DNA of 37,227 nucleotides, taken from IMG/VR virus record IMGVR_UViG_3300029955_000077; one strand, 5' to 3'. Within the stretch, counting starts at the first letter, position 1, and the number at the start of each line of letters is the position of its first letter. This DNA comes from a virus. Under the pieces are notes generated by a model. The model was not told where the DNA came from, did no database searches, and was given only the letters and a program-made list of their open reading frames with translations. Below, in pieces: positions 15,048-24,375 of this stretch. Made by a program: the position numbers and the translations under genes.

Positions 15048-15553
15048 ACTATCAAAATAAACTTCAAAAAATACAAAAAGAGTTTGTGCTGGGAATAAAA
15101 GATAAATTCACCTGTATGACTAAATTTGAGCAAGTTTTATGGGAATACGGTCTTCTACCAAAACAAGAAGAGTTAGATAGGGAAATGTCTAATGAACATT
15201 TTTCTCGCTTGATACAAATGGCTATGGAACATACAGATACTCATTCAGATCGAGATCCTGAAAATAGTGAAGAATTGGATAATGAATACGCAGCGGCTTT
15301 TTATTCTGTAAGAGTTTGCCCAATTTGTCATATTACGCAATCCCGTCCATTAGTTGGTAGCGTGAGTGATTTAGCTCGAAAAATAACTGCATTAAACCCT
15401 CCTCGTTGTGAACGCTGCGCCATTGATTGGATGAAAAAACATCTAGAGAATTCCCCAAAAGGTGAAAATGTAGATTTGATAAAACCACTTAGCAAAGAAG
15501 AGAAAAAATTTTTTGATGAGTATGAGAAGGAAATGGAAGACTTTGAGGTTTAG
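15044..15553 (+). CDS. hypothetical protein with a C-terminal CxxC...CxxC zinc-binding motif
   Basis: ATGA overlap with the upstream gene. Motif CPICH...CERC. Confidence 0.5.
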   Translation: MNYQNKLQKIQKEFVLGIKDKFTCMTKFEQVLWEYGLLPKQEELDREMSNEHFSRLIQMAMEHTDTHSDRDPENSEELDNEYAAAFYSVRVCPICHITQSRPLVGSVSDLARKITALNPPRCERCAIDWMKKHLENSPKGENVDLIKPLSKEEKKFFDEYEKEMEDFEV

Positions 15554-15777
15554 TGGTATTATTATGGTATATGAATATGAATTTCACTGGATTCATGCAA
15601 GTCATTCCTAAGCCCACGCACTGGTGGCGGCGTCCACACCAAATACATTTTTCTTTGTGGCCAGCTTGGCTAGCTCAAGCATTATGCCCGCATAAAGTCA
15701 AAACTTATTTCACTGATGATCAATGGCGCTGTGATGATTGTTTCAAATTCAATTTCCATCAAAAGGAAGACAAATAA
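15553..15777 (+). CDS. hypothetical small Cys/His protein (74 aa)
   Basis: ORF whose stop overlaps the next start in a TAATG arrangement. Confidence 0.4.
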   Translation: MVLLWYMNMNFTGFMQVIPKPTHWWRRPHQIHFSLWPAWLAQALCPHKVKTYFTDDQWRCDDCFKFNFHQKEDK

Positions 15778-16871
15778 TGATTCACTCCCTTATTTCGGTT
15801 ACAGAATCTACATCAATAGAAAGACGAAAAAATAATGTTATAGGTGCAGTTTTTGGACAAGCCATTGGCGATGCTATAGGACATCCGGTGGAGTTTAAAA
15901 AAACTCATTATGTTGTAGACCTAGATATCCCCAATCAATTTACAGATGACACACAAATGTTTTGTGCTTTGGGTGAGGCGTTAATTGAAGGGAAACCCCA
16001 TGAAATGGAAGATGTATTCATGGATGTTCTTACTAAGAAGTTTGTTGAATGGCGTACAAATCCTTTAGGCGGTAATCATCGTGCTCCAGGGGGTACTTGT
16101 ATGGAAGGAGTTCGAAAATTAGGTGCAAAAGTTCCTTGGACAAAATCTGGAGCTCTAAATGGTAAAGGTAATGGAACGGCGATGCGTAGCGGTGTCGTAG
16201 GGGCGATGTACTGGAAGAATCCTAATTATGCTTTTCGTATAGGAGCTTTGCAAAGCGTCAACACCCACAATAATCTAGAAGCGATATTAGGCGGGGGAAC
16301 AGTTTCTTATCTTGTAGCAGCGGCTATTAATGGTATGAGGTTTTCTATCGCCATATCAAATGTTTTGATGCTCTGTTCTCAATTTCTTAATCCATCTGTT
16401 ATAGCTACTTATCCTCAAAATGTAGCATTCAATGATCTGCGTAAAGGTCAGAGTCCGTGGAAAACCGTAGCAAAATTCGGCTCCGCATTTGCGTTGGGTA
16501 TCTCAGATATACAGGTCGGTGAATTCGCTAAATTCAATGGAGATGATTTTTCTGTAGTGCCAGCGGTATCCGCCGCTATTTTTTACAATACTAGATTCGC
16601 AAATTCAGGTTATGAACAAACAGTGTTAAACGCCGCCAATTTTGGAGATGACGCGGATACTATAGCAGCTATTAGTGGGACTATCGCCGGAGCTAGACAC
16701 GGCGTGGATGGTATACCTACATCATGGGTAGAGAATATCGAACAAAGTGAGTACCTCAGGGATTTCTCAGACCGTTTATGGGAAGCCAGTCTTGCCGCAA
16801 ATGTAACTGTTGATAATGAAACTCCAGTTGACACGGATAGTCTACTGGATATGGATGAAATCGAATTTTAA
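15777..16871 (+). CDS. ADP-ribosylglycohydrolase (ARH/DraG family)
   Basis: AAGGAAGA Shine-Dalgarno site. Motifs GAVFGQAIGDAIGHPVEF, TDDTQM and GDDADTIAAISGTIAGARHG match the ARH-family hallmark motifs. Confidence 0.8.
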   Translation: MIHSLISVTESTSIERRKNNVIGAVFGQAIGDAIGHPVEFKKTHYVVDLDIPNQFTDDTQMFCALGEALIEGKPHEMEDVFMDVLTKKFVEWRTNPLGGNHRAPGGTCMEGVRKLGAKVPWTKSGALNGKGNGTAMRSGVVGAMYWKNPNYAFRIGALQSVNTHNNLEAILGGGTVSYLVAAAINGMRFSIAISNVLMLCSQFLNPSVIATYPQNVAFNDLRKGQSPWKTVAKFGSAFALGISDIQVGEFAKFNGDDFSVVPAVSAAIFYNTRFANSGYEQTVLNAANFGDDADTIAAISGTIAGARHGVDGIPTSWVENIEQSEYLRDFSDRLWEASLAANVTVDNETPVDTDSLLDMDEIEF

Positions 16872-16881
16872 GGAGATAATT

Positions 16882-17604
16882 ATGATCAGCCCACTTCCGG
16901 AAATGCTTGAAACTTTAGGGAAAATGCTAGCACCTGGGATGACAGGAAAATTTCTTGACAGCTTTGCCGCCAATCTCTGCAAACTTCACGATGTAAAGCC
17001 AGCTTTCTTGGGGTATAAACCCCCCAATTTTAGCGGCAAAGAAGGGTTCCCCAATACAATTTGTGTCTCCATAAATGATGAAGTAATTCATGGTATCCCA
17101 TCGGATAGGAAATTTGAGGAAGGAGATGTTATAAAACTTGATATGGGAATCGAGAAAGACGGGGAGTTTGACGATGGAGCGATTACCGTACTTTGTGGTA
17201 CAGTAGATGATGAAGGGCGCATACAAGGGTGCTCTGCGACCGCTAGGAAGCTTGTAGCAGCGACTAAGGAAGCTCTTGCCGCTGGGGTGCAGCAAGCCAA
17301 GGCAGGGAACACAACCCACGATATCGCCAAGGCTGTGGAGACGGTAGCTAAAAATCATGATCTTCATGTAGTTCATGGTTATGGAGGACACGGTATTGGA
17401 AATCAACTACACATGGAACCTCATATCCCGAATGAAGAAGATGGGTCAATCGCAAAAAAATTGGAGTCCGGAACCAGGGTAGCGATCGAACCCATGCTGG
17501 CTACAAATCATGGATTTACTTATGTAGCAGCTGATGGTTGGACGGTAAAGCTTCGTAACGGAGGACTGGCCGCTCATTTTGAGCAGACGGTAGAGATAAA
17601 ATAA
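16882..17604 (+). CDS. map: methionine aminopeptidase, type I
   Basis: AAGGAG site 8 nt before the ATG. Motifs FPNTICVSINDEVIHGIP, GDVIKLDMG, HGYGGHGIG, IEPML and a WT..T.DG...A.FE.T C-terminus match MetAP. Confidence 0.8.
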   Translation: MISPLPEMLETLGKMLAPGMTGKFLDSFAANLCKLHDVKPAFLGYKPPNFSGKEGFPNTICVSINDEVIHGIPSDRKFEEGDVIKLDMGIEKDGEFDDGAITVLCGTVDDEGRIQGCSATARKLVAATKEALAAGVQQAKAGNTTHDIAKAVETVAKNHDLHVVHGYGGHGIGNQLHMEPHIPNEEDGSIAKKLESGTRVAIEPMLATNHGFTYVAADGWTVKLRNGGLAAHFEQTVEIK

Positions 17605-17605
17605 G

Positions 17606-17818
17606 ATGCGTAGTTGTCAATTTGTGGGCTGTGAGAAGGATGCCAAGCACTGGTTTCCTCCTAGTGAGAGTAAGAGATGGGTAAAAGGAATGTGGGTATG
17701 TTCATCTTGTTACGACAAAATAGCCAGTCATTTTAAAGAGTGTTTTAATGGTATAGGTACTGATGGTCAAATAAGTAGAGTAAGAAAATACATTAACAAA
17801 TACGGACTGAGGCTTTGA
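17606..17818 (+). CDS. small Cys-rich protein (70 aa)
   Basis: ATG 2 nt after the MetAP stop. Motif CQFVGC...CSSC. Confidence 0.45.
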   Translation: MRSCQFVGCEKDAKHWFPPSESKRWVKGMWVCSSCYDKIASHFKECFNGIGTDGQISRVRKYINKYGLRL

Positions 17819-17857
17819 TGCTTACCTGCCCGCCAAGTAATAATACTGGATTTTTGG

Positions 17858-18112
17858 ATGAATAACGACGGTGAGAAGCCGCACAAGTGTGATTTCTGGG
17901 GCGAGTATTCCGTCATGGTCTGCAACGAACCAGCACCGTACAAGATGACCTACGTCGATGCTGATATCCAAGTCTGGAAAGCTGACTGGTACTGTAAGCA
18001 CCATTACGAAATCATGGCGGATGTCATTATGAAAGATCGCGACAACAACTCCCGCCAACGCCGTCGAATTGACAGGATGTTGGAGATTAACAATTGGTTT
18101 CAGCATGAATGA
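17858..18112 (+). CDS. hypothetical protein (84 aa)
   Basis: ATG ORF in a GC-rich patch. Confidence 0.45.
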   Translation: MNNDGEKPHKCDFWGEYSVMVCNEPAPYKMTYVDADIQVWKADWYCKHHYEIMADVIMKDRDNNSRQRRRIDRMLEINNWFQHE

Positions 18113-18143
18113 AATGACAAGTTAGTGGAAGAAGAAGGCGCAA

Positions 18144-18629
18144 ATGAAGAGAATTAGCGACGAGAGCGGCGAATCGGCGGGTTGGCGCAATTGGGGACGG
18201 TTGATGTTGTCGCTGATTCCCGCTGCGCTCGGCGGTGCAGCAGTGCTATGGATAATTGCTGGGTTAGGATGGATCGACTTAACCAAAGAGCTACGCATGG
18301 AACGGCGGACTATGCAAAGCGTTGGAATCAGTGTCCTCCCAAAAACACCAATTCAGCTACTTGCGCATGACGGAACATGCCTCAAGATTCAATCATCCTA
18401 CATGGATGGTGACCGTCTTCAATTTTATGCTTTCAACTCTTGCCGCCACTGGCTTTTCAACCCGGCTTTCTACTATCGCGTTAAGGCGCACGATGGCACG
18501 GTTGTGGACAGCCACGAGTGGGCTTTCGATGGGGACAGGGATTTAGGGCCACAGGAACGTAGAGAACAAGTCATTAATCTGGAAAATGATGACAGAGCAG
18601 AACAGGTGGAATTGTGGATGCGAAGGTAG
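18144..18629 (+). CDS. hypothetical membrane-anchored protein (161 aa)
   Basis: Predicted transmembrane segment LMLSLIPAALGGAAVLWIIAGLGWI. Confidence 0.5.
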   Translation: MKRISDESGESAGWRNWGRLMLSLIPAALGGAAVLWIIAGLGWIDLTKELRMERRTMQSVGISVLPKTPIQLLAHDGTCLKIQSSYMDGDRLQFYAFNSCRHWLFNPAFYYRVKAHDGTVVDSHEWAFDGDRDLGPQERREQVINLENDDRAEQVELWMRR

Positions 18630-18670
18630 CCACAAGGTAAATAATAGTAAAAAAAAATACACGCTCTATA

Positions 18671-19092
18671 TGAGTACGGATGGGAAATTGATGGATAAAC
18701 CAAAGCAAGTAACAGAACAAACTTTACGTGCCCAAGCTGCGGAACTTAGAAAATTTTTTATAAAATTGGATGCTTGGGAGAAAGGTCTTCGACAAAGAGA
18801 ACTTCTGTTGAAAAAACAAAAAAGCGAGCATACAGAGCGTAAAAGTGAAAAAGATCAAATGTCCTTTGATTTTGATGTTAGTAAAAAAGGTATACTCAAA
18901 ATGCAAAAAATGTTGGAACCCGGACATTTTAAAGAAGGGGATATGTATGACGGGCTGAAAGAAGAAATATTTAAAAGAGCAAAAGAAAAATACTATAGTC
19001 GCTCAAAACCACCCGTTGGTGATGAGATAGATTTTTTGGAGAAGTTGTTTGATTTAGAAGACCCTCGTAAAGACACAAAGACCCCTACGTAA
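18671..19092 (+). CDS. hypothetical Lys/Glu-rich coiled-coil protein
   Basis: In-frame ATG downstream of the previous gene's stop. The track ORF begins inside the previous gene. Confidence 0.45.
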
Positions 19093-19113
19093 GAAAACAG
19101 TTTTCCCCACGCC

Positions 19114-19148
19114 GGGATCCTGTGCGAAATTAGGATCACCCCCTTTTA
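19114..19148 (+). terminator. possible rho-independent terminator
   Basis: GGGATCC-loop-GGATCaCCC followed by CCTTTTAAT. Confidence 0.35.
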
Positions 19149-19333
19149 ATCTAATATAATTCTGAAACGTGCTCTCCCGTAGGGACAGATGTAAGTTTGG
19201 GTTATGGTTGGTAACTGAAGAAGGGTCATAGGCAAAATCTCCTCTGGACTCAGTATTTGATAAAGTGGGCAAATAAATTGCCCTTACTATCTAAAGGGGT
19301 GTATAGATAGAAAAATAAGGATAATTGATTATT

Positions 19334-20857
19334 ATGGCAAGCGAAAATGATGGTAATGTTGTACTCAAACGTATATTTGGAATGCTGGCTGACAAGGTTC
19401 GCATCTATCAAATTTTAGAAGAAACTGAAGTGCAACGAGACGAATTTGTTTACTGTCAAATTATGCATCAAATTGTTTTTGGTGAAAACGGTTTTACAAA
19501 AACATTAGGGCATGTTTGGGGTATGGTACATGACCCCCGTTTCCAGGAAATAGAAAATTTAATGATTGTAGATCGCCACGCTATTTTCGGTGGTGATGCT
19601 CGATTAGGTAAGCAATACATAAATGACGATGGAACTTTTACTTCTCCTATATCTGATCTGGAGAAGTATTCTGAGATTGTTGGTGAAGGAAGGAATTTTC
19701 ATAATGTTCTTACTCACCCCGATGAAAAATGTCCTCAACGGTTGTGGTTAGAACGAATTCATCGCGGCTTTACAAACATTAAACCTCACTCCACTCTTCA
19801 ATGTATTTGTGCTACCGGTAAAGAAAATCCCACTACATTTAAAGATATGCCCGATGAAATTATATGGGCATTGATTAAGCAAGAATGCCCCAATCGTGGG
19901 TTCAATGCTGACAAAACTCCCAATGCCTACGGTCAATTGATGTATGATCTTATTCGAGCGGATATTATCGGACTTATTCATGATTATGCGGAGACTCCTT
20001 TGATTGACAGTTATGTTTATTTAAGAGATAACGGCATTATTAAGTACACAGAAACAGAATCCGTAGCTTCAATAGACCCGTTTGGTTTAGAAAATCCCAG
20101 AGTTCTTCAAGAACTAGATATATTGGAACAGGCCCTTACTCACCGTGCTACTTTGCGAATGACGGCCTTAAAAATTCTCAAAAAAGCAGGGCTACAAAAT
20201 GAAATCCGTGAGGCTGATTTAACGGATATAGAACGGGATGAATTGTTATGTTTAATATACAGTCATGATTACCCTGATGTTGAAAATACAGATAGTACGA
20301 TGTACAGAGCTGCAATAGATGCTTGGGAAAAACAAATTAAAGAAATTGTTAAAGACTATATTTTATCGGTAATTACAAAAGATTTGAAGGAACGTGAAAC
20401 CGTTCAATTGAATCAATTACAATTAGAGTCTAACGAAGCTGTAGATGGTCTGATGAAAGGAACAATTCAACCTATTAATTCTTACACCGAACCTACGGTA
20501 GAAATTCCTACTGAGCAAGAAGAATCGGAAGTTGTTAAATATGCTCGTATGCTGGAAGCTATTATGGGGAACGAGTTCAAATCCGAACTTTATCTTTTGT
20601 TGATTGAAGCAGAAAGACAAAAAAATACGGCTATTGTAGATTTGTTAACTCCAATATTTCTTACTCCAGATTACCCTTTAGATGAAAAGATTTTTTATAA
20701 TTTCATTGAAAGTATTAGAATAGGTAGTAGAAGTCTGCGAGCGGATCGTCTGGAGGCGATTCGAGGTACGAAGCAAACCGGAATGAACTTAGATCCTGCT
20801 AAGACTACGCAAATCGATGAAGAGTTTCACAGCAAGGATTCACCATTTAGAGGTTAA
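19334..20857 (+). CDS. hypothetical protein (about 507 aa)
   Basis: Long ORF with AAGGA upstream. No recognisable motifs. Confidence 0.6.
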   Translation: MASENDGNVVLKRIFGMLADKVRIYQILEETEVQRDEFVYCQIMHQIVFGENGFTKTLGHVWGMVHDPRFQEIENLMIVDRHAIFGGDARLGKQYINDDGTFTSPISDLEKYSEIVGEGRNFHNVLTHPDEKCPQRLWLERIHRGFTNIKPHSTLQCICATGKENPTTFKDMPDEIIWALIKQECPNRGFNADKTPNAYGQLMYDLIRADIIGLIHDYAETPLIDSYVYLRDNGIIKYTETESVASIDPFGLENPRVLQELDILEQALTHRATLRMTALKILKKAGLQNEIREADLTDIERDELLCLIYSHDYPDVENTDSTMYRAAIDAWEKQIKEIVKDYILSVITKDLKERETVQLNQLQLESNEAVDGLMKGTIQPINSYTEPTVEIPTEQEESEVVKYARMLEAIMGNEFKSELYLLLIEAERQKNTAIVDLLTPIFLTPDYPLDEKIFYNFIESIRIGSRSLRADRLEAIRGTKQTGMNLDPAKTTQIDEEFHSKDSPFRG

Positions 20858-20891
20858 ATGACTACAGACACCCTCTCTTAGAGGGCAATCT

Positions 20892-21233
20892 ATGGCAAAC
20901 TGTTTGCACCTGGAAGTGGATGACGGCTCTGGTTGCGGTGTGAATGTGACAGAGATTAAAGAACCAGCACCAAATGTCGGCAACATCGGTGGAATCGTCA
21001 AATTGATTAATGCGACGGTGAAAACTTATACCCAACTTGTAAGAGAAAATACAGACCCTAAAAACCCCTCACTCCCTCGCCTCCGTCTTATTGGAGGTCA
21101 GTTCGTCCGTATCCCACACAAAAATATCTATAATGATTTGATCGGCCCTTCATATATTGCAGCCAGGGCCTTGGGGTATAGGGGTGGAATCGGCCGCTGG
21201 GCTGACTTGGTTCGAGAAAATATTTCTCTTTAG
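20892..21233 (+). CDS. hypothetical protein (113 aa)
   Basis: ATG ORF. Confidence 0.45.
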   Translation: MANCLHLEVDDGSGCGVNVTEIKEPAPNVGNIGGIVKLINATVKTYTQLVRENTDPKNPSLPRLRLIGGQFVRIPHKNIYNDLIGPSYIAARALGYRGGIGRWADLVRENISL

Positions 21234-21370
21234 CCGAATCCAGTCAACACCCACTAATTCACATGCCACCTTGTAGGGCCCCGTACATACGACCTAAGCA
21301 CAAGTTTACTCTGAGCATCAAAACTTTCCCGGTTATAAGTTGTTGATTTTAAATACTTTAAAAATATCCA

Positions 21371-21396
21371 TTTTCAGTGTTTCCGATGTATACTAG
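21371..21396 (+). promoter_or_regulatory. ttttcagtgtttccgaTGTATACTAggg promoter motif
   Basis: Near-identical to the sequence at 24347-24370 and related to 4244-4260. Confidence 0.5.
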
Positions 21397-21409
21397 GGAT
21401 GGAGGCGAT

Positions 21410-22315
21410 ATGACAAAGAAAAGTAGCTCTGATGTGGCGGCTGATTTGAAAAGTGCAATGGGTTCCGCTGCCGATGCAAAGACTATTCTCGATACACCAG
21501 ATAAGAAAACCGCCAGCCGTTCCACATGGAAGGGTTATATTTCCGCTTTTGGCGTTATGCTGATTCCCGCCGCAACCCTGAAAGCCACTGATGTTGATGC
21601 TATCGAAACCCACATGTACCATAGCGCTGCTTGTCCGAATCGTTTGGTGCAGAAATACACCTGCTCTTGCTGCGACACCGAAGTCCCCAACGCTCGTACA
21701 AACGCCCTTAAGGGTGTAGAAGTGGGGGACAAAGTCATTACTCTCACTCAAGCGGAATTAGACGCTCAGAAGCCCACTAGTGACAAAATTCTCAAAGTCA
21801 CCGAGTTTGTTCCCGCTGATGCGATTGATGTTACCTACTACGAATCCAGCGAATACATCGCCGCTGATAAGGGTGGGGAAAAAGCCTTCGCCACATTCCA
21901 GCAAGCCTTGGCGCAAACGGGGCGTATCGCTATCGGCACCTTCGTAAGCCGCGGTCACCAATACACTGTTGCACTTCGCCCCAAGGGTCAGTATGGTATC
22001 GTCATGTCTTATTTGTTCGCGGAATATGAAGTTCGCAACTGCGGCAAGTGGACGCCTGTTGTTGTCAATCCGGCAGAAGTTGATTTGGTCAAGCAGCTTA
22101 TGACTGAAACCGAACTGGCAAAAGAAGTATTCACCCCCGCCGCCTATGACCCCTATCTCTCTGGCGTGCGCAAGATGATTGCTGCTAAGGCAAATGGTAC
22201 GGAAGTTTGCACCCCGGCTGCGGACGAAGTTCCCAAGGCTACGGATGATTTGTTGGCGGCGTTGAAAGCTACCCTGGAGCAGCAAAAGGCAAAGGCTGCA
22301 AAGGCTGGTGTATAA
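21410..22315 (+). CDS. ku: Ku-like DNA end-binding protein
   Basis: GGAGG site 4 nt before the ATG. WKGYISAFGVMLIPAATLKAT, EFVPADAIDVTYYESSEYIAAD and QQALAQTGRIAIGTFVSRGHQYTVALR parallel the conserved blocks of bacterial Ku. Lys/Ala-rich C-terminal tail. Confidence 0.8.
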   Translation: MTKKSSSDVAADLKSAMGSAADAKTILDTPDKKTASRSTWKGYISAFGVMLIPAATLKATDVDAIETHMYHSAACPNRLVQKYTCSCCDTEVPNARTNALKGVEVGDKVITLTQAELDAQKPTSDKILKVTEFVPADAIDVTYYESSEYIAADKGGEKAFATFQQALAQTGRIAIGTFVSRGHQYTVALRPKGQYGIVMSYLFAEYEVRNCGKWTPVVVNPAEVDLVKQLMTETELAKEVFTPAAYDPYLSGVRKMIAAKANGTEVCTPAADEVPKATDDLLAALKATLEQQKAKAAKAGV

Positions 22316-22337
22316 GGCTGCAAAGGCTGGTGTATAA
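22294..22337 (+). repeat. 22-bp perfect tandem duplication (ggctgcaaaggctggtgtataa x2) across the Ku stop codon
   Basis: Seen directly in the sequence. Confidence 0.8.
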
Positions 22338-22433
22338 ATGGATCAGGTCAATACCCCAACCCCAACGCCTAAAGGCGGATTTAGTATGCCGCATACCCAT
22401 GCGACTCGTTAAGAAAGGCACCAAGGAGAAACT

Positions 22434-23108
22434 ATGACAATCTACTATAAACTCACGACGCAAGAAGGAAAGACTCGTAATGAAACTCAATGGGGAGAGA
22501 ATGTAACTCATGAGGCTACGGGAGACATTAAACAAGACTTGTGCTCCAATGCATGGATACATGCGTACACTCATCCCCTACTCGCTGTGCTTATGAACCC
22601 GGTTCATGCAGATATAGAGAATCCCATCCTTTGGGAAGGAAAGGGAGAAGGGGAGGCAAAATTCGAACCCCTTAAATGCGGGTTCAGGAAATTCACTACC
22701 CTAAAAAAAATCCCATTACCAGAAGTAACTGATGTTCAAAAGGTAGCCTTTGGTATTCTCTGTGCTAAAGAAGTTTACAAAGACTCAAGTTGGAATCAGT
22801 GGGCAGATAAATGGTTAAGCGGGGAAGATCGCACTAAATCTTCTGCTAATGCTGCTGCTGATGCTGCTGCTTATGCTGCTGCTGCTGCTGATGTTGTTGC
22901 TTATTATGCTGCTAATGCTGCTGATGCTTATGCTGCTTCTGATGCTGCTTCTTCTGCTGCTAGGGCTGCTGCTAATGCTGCTTATGCTGCTGCTAATGCT
23001 GCTGATGCTTATGCTGCTTCTGATGCTGCTTCTTCTGCTGCTTCTAAAGCTACGGGCAAAGAATTAGATTTTGTTTCGATTGCCCTTAAAGCCATGGAGG
23101 GGAAATGA
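22434..23108 (+). CDS. hypothetical protein with a C-terminal Ala-rich imperfect repeat region
   Basis: AAGGAG Shine-Dalgarno site. GCT-rich imperfect tandem repeats at 22840-23050 encode the motif AANAADAYAASDAASSAA. Confidence 0.6.
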   Translation: MTIYYKLTTQEGKTRNETQWGENVTHEATGDIKQDLCSNAWIHAYTHPLLAVLMNPVHADIENPILWEGKGEGEAKFEPLKCGFRKFTTLKKIPLPEVTDVQKVAFGILCAKEVYKDSSWNQWADKWLSGEDRTKSSANAAADAAAYAAAAADVVAYYAANAADAYAASDAASSAARAAANAAYAAANAADAYAASDAASSAASKATGKELDFVSIALKAMEGK

Positions 23109-23138
23109 TGAGTAAACAGGGTACGGGTTGGAGGGTCT

Positions 23139-23420
23139 ATGCCACATAAAACGAGTCTCGCTTCCTCCCCCGCCCTAAATGACGGGGCATCCGCTCGACA
23201 GAATCAGGTGAAAAAACAGTGGGGAGAGATTTACCGACTTGTTGCTGTGCGCGAGATGTTGATTAAGCCTATGCTGACTAGCAAGGATCATCAGCTACGA
23301 GAAGAGGAGTACCAAATCGTAGATTTGATTCTGGGGATCAATAGGAAAATTGGCGCTTTGGGAGTATTTAATCCCGCCGCACTCACATCTGAAATGGCGA
23401 AGCAGGAACTTGGGCAATGA
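23139..23420 (+). CDS. hypothetical protein (93 aa)
   Basis: ATG ORF. Confidence 0.4.
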   Translation: MPHKTSLASSPALNDGASARQNQVKKQWGEIYRLVAVREMLIKPMLTSKDHQLREEEYQIVDLILGINRKIGALGVFNPAALTSEMAKQELGQ

Positions 23421-23770
23421 AGATCACTAGATCACTCACTAAAGCACAACAGCAAGTGTTATTCAATATATCGATAGGATTTCCTTTCTGTGAATATCTA
23501 ACACCGGAAAGAACGAGCAGGTTTTTTCGTACTTTGGGAGAGAATATTCCGGCTCGATTGAATTACATTATTACCCTTGACACGGCTGGTAAACGAGTTT
23601 CATATAAGACATTTTTAGCTTTATTCAAGAGAAACCTTATTGCTCCCAGTAAGTACAAAGAAAGTCCATCCCCACAGGATGGCATCACCCAATTTTATTT
23701 AACGGAATTGGGGAGGCAGGAAGTTAACCGAAAAGTGAATTTCAAAATCCCTATTAGGAGAACCGAGTAA
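23417..23770 (+). CDS. hypothetical protein (117 aa)
   Basis: ATGA overlap with the upstream gene. Confidence 0.45.
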   Translation: MKITRSLTKAQQQVLFNISIGFPFCEYLTPERTSRFFRTLGENIPARLNYIITLDTAGKRVSYKTFLALFKRNLIAPSKYKESPSPQDGITQFYLTELGRQEVNRKVNFKIPIRRTE

Positions 23771-23922
23771 TGCCCCAACAATGGGAGAGATTACCCCCAG
23801 ATGAAGAAGCAGGAACCCCTGCTTTGTTTCCCCCAGAATCAGACCTTTGCAGAGAATGTGACGGCACCGGAGTGCTGTATGGACAGCTCTGTAAAAAATG
23901 TGGCGGCAAAGGGGAAATTTAG
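23770..23922 (+). CDS. small zinc-finger protein with a DnaJ-like CxxCxGxG motif (50 aa)
   Basis: TAATG overlap with the previous stop. Motifs CRECDGTG and CKKCGGKG. Confidence 0.4.
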   Translation: MPQQWERLPPDEEAGTPALFPPESDLCRECDGTGVLYGQLCKKCGGKGEI

Positions 23923-23954
23923 CCAAAACCCGTGTTTTGGATGTATACTAAGGT

Positions 23955-24326
23955 ATGAGCCCATCTCAGGAACGAGTCTATTTGGACGCTGAGCGAGAAG
24001 AAGGCATCGCTGAACTTCGTAACGACCCCGCGTACAATTTTGCGGAGCCAGAGTGCATAGTTCCCTCAAAATATCATCAATACTTCGTTGACTACGGGCG
24101 CTGCTTGTATGACAAGCTCCCGCTTCGCCAAGAAATGCACGCGTTCAATCACTACAAAAAATTTCACTGGCACAAGTACCCTCGATACCTTGCGTACCAG
24201 GGCGGTACTTGGCATGAAGTTTCTATAGGTGCTTATTTGGCTGCGAAGTTTGGTCATTTAATTCCCGTCGCTATCGTCCACGATCCTAAAAAACCGAAAA
24301 ATAAACGTGCAAAGGCTGTAAAATAA
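23955..24326 (+). CDS. hypothetical protein (123 aa)
   Basis: Preceded by TGTATACTAAGGT, which looks like a promoter plus Shine-Dalgarno site. Confidence 0.55.
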   Translation: MSPSQERVYLDAEREEGIAELRNDPAYNFAEPECIVPSKYHQYFVDYGRCLYDKLPLRQEMHAFNHYKKFHWHKYPRYLAYQGGTWHEVSIGAYLAAKFGHLIPVAIVHDPKKPKNKRAKAVK

Positions 24327-24375
24327 AAGGGTTAGAAAATATCCATTTTCAGTGTTTCCGATGTATACTAGGGAT

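Noticed and set aside
15738-15776. TTG start of the ADP-ribosylglycohydrolase ORF
   Set aside because: The downstream ATG at 15777 has an AAGGAAGA Shine-Dalgarno site and a TAATG overlap with the upstream gene. The TTG extension overlaps the previous CDS.
22849-23067. 72-aa poly-Leu ORF
   Set aside because: It is an alternative frame of the GCT-rich Ala-repeat region of gene 22434-23108.
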